A DNA stretch of 64,000 nucleotides from contig NEEC01000018.1 in NCBI GenBank assembly GCA_002189035.1, positions 992,001 to 1,056,000 of the forward strand. The letters are read 5' to 3'. The DNA is from Utricularia gibba (taxonomy: Eukaryota; Plantae; Magnoliophyta). A program made the translations under genes and the position numbers. Positions 63,196 through 64,000 of this stretch are shown one piece after another. Position 1 is the first letter of the stretch; every line of letters starts with the position of its first letter. The notes under the pieces are model-generated. The model worked only from the letters and a program-made list of their open reading frames with translations. It made no database searches and was not told the DNA's origin.

Positions 63196-64000
63196 AATTA
63201 AAATTCTTTTGAAATTCTAGATGTCTACATTCTTAGTATCTGTTTGATATACCTTTTGTTTATGTAAAAACGTTTCAAAAATAGTTTTATTATCAAATAC
63301 GATTCATTTTTATTTCAAAGAAGTTATAAAACTATATTAAAAAATACTTAGGCTCTACGTAATTCAATTTCTTGAAAATCATTTTTTGAGAATTAATTCT
63401 AATAAATAAAAAAATATTAAAGACTCGTGGGCTGCGAATGGATCCAACCAGGAGAACTGGATCCGGCCCAGATCCGGATACCAAACTGACTCCGAGTACG
63501 GACCCGGTATCCTTCCAACCGTACCAATTATTTGAGAATTTAATAAATATGTTACCACAAAACATTATGGTTTTTTTTAATTATTGAAACTAGGAAAGGA
63601 AGGCACCCTCACAACTACCTCTTTCTTTTAAAAAAAAAAGCCCTAATTCAAAATTTGAATAAAATCTAGGGAAAAAAGAGAGGAATAAATTATTAATATT
63701 ATTATTATAGCTGATTATTTTATTCTTAGATACTCAAATTCTAAGGGCTACGGCTGGCCTTAGGCCTGGGCCAGTCTGTGCCTCATAGAGGAAAACAATG
63801 CTTCAATTATTGCGCTTGCTGAACACGCCCATAATTCATTCCTAACATTACAACATACGATAAGATGTGTTCTGTTACCTGAGAGAAGCAAAGCAGAGGA
63901 TCAATCAAATCTGAGTCAGAGAGAAAAAGAGTTGCAATGTTGATCAAAATGAGTTTTAGTAATAATGATGGTGTGTGTTTATGGGATTTGATTTTCATGG

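Noticed and set aside
63807-63880. Possible terminal exon (VTEHILSYVVMLGMNYGRVQQAQ*) of a minus-strand gene extending beyond the window
   Set aside because: The acceptor is plausible, but the sequence is too short to recognise and needs the adjacent window.

Overview
Gene-dense plant (eudicot-like) nuclear DNA. It holds about 20 protein-coding loci, 2-3 pseudogene relics, four MITE-like elements, a decayed copia gag fragment and several tandem repeats. Introns are mostly short (59-100 nt). Genes in order: TBL5-like O-acetyltransferase (5'-partial), CAT2-type amino-acid transporter, choline-transporter-like protein, subgroup-21 R2R3-MYB, HIPP, HINT1, CID/RPRD1-like, presenilin, AGD14-like ArfGAP, an unidentified gene, a TRM/VARLMGL protein, a calmodulin pseudogene, a plant kinase-like gene, COX5C plus a truncated relic, a RING-H2 E3, PSRP5, SF3B1, a VQ protein, NAC-alpha, a decayed C2H2 ZFP and bZIP17/28. 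The strongest unexplained pattern is about 17 reading-frame breaks in 12 otherwise intact genes, including essential SF3B1. About 15 of them need one extra base, mostly in short G or C runs. The most likely cause is homopolymer error in a long-read consensus; real insertional recoding is unlikely but testable. Other points of interest: a U12-type intron, a GC-AG intron, a 4 x 89-bp uORF-bearing array in a leader intron, a GMGD presenilin motif and a KK-repeat expansion beside the bZIP transmembrane helix. I found no convincing novel multi-gene system. Family calls rest on motifs recognised by eye, not on database searches.
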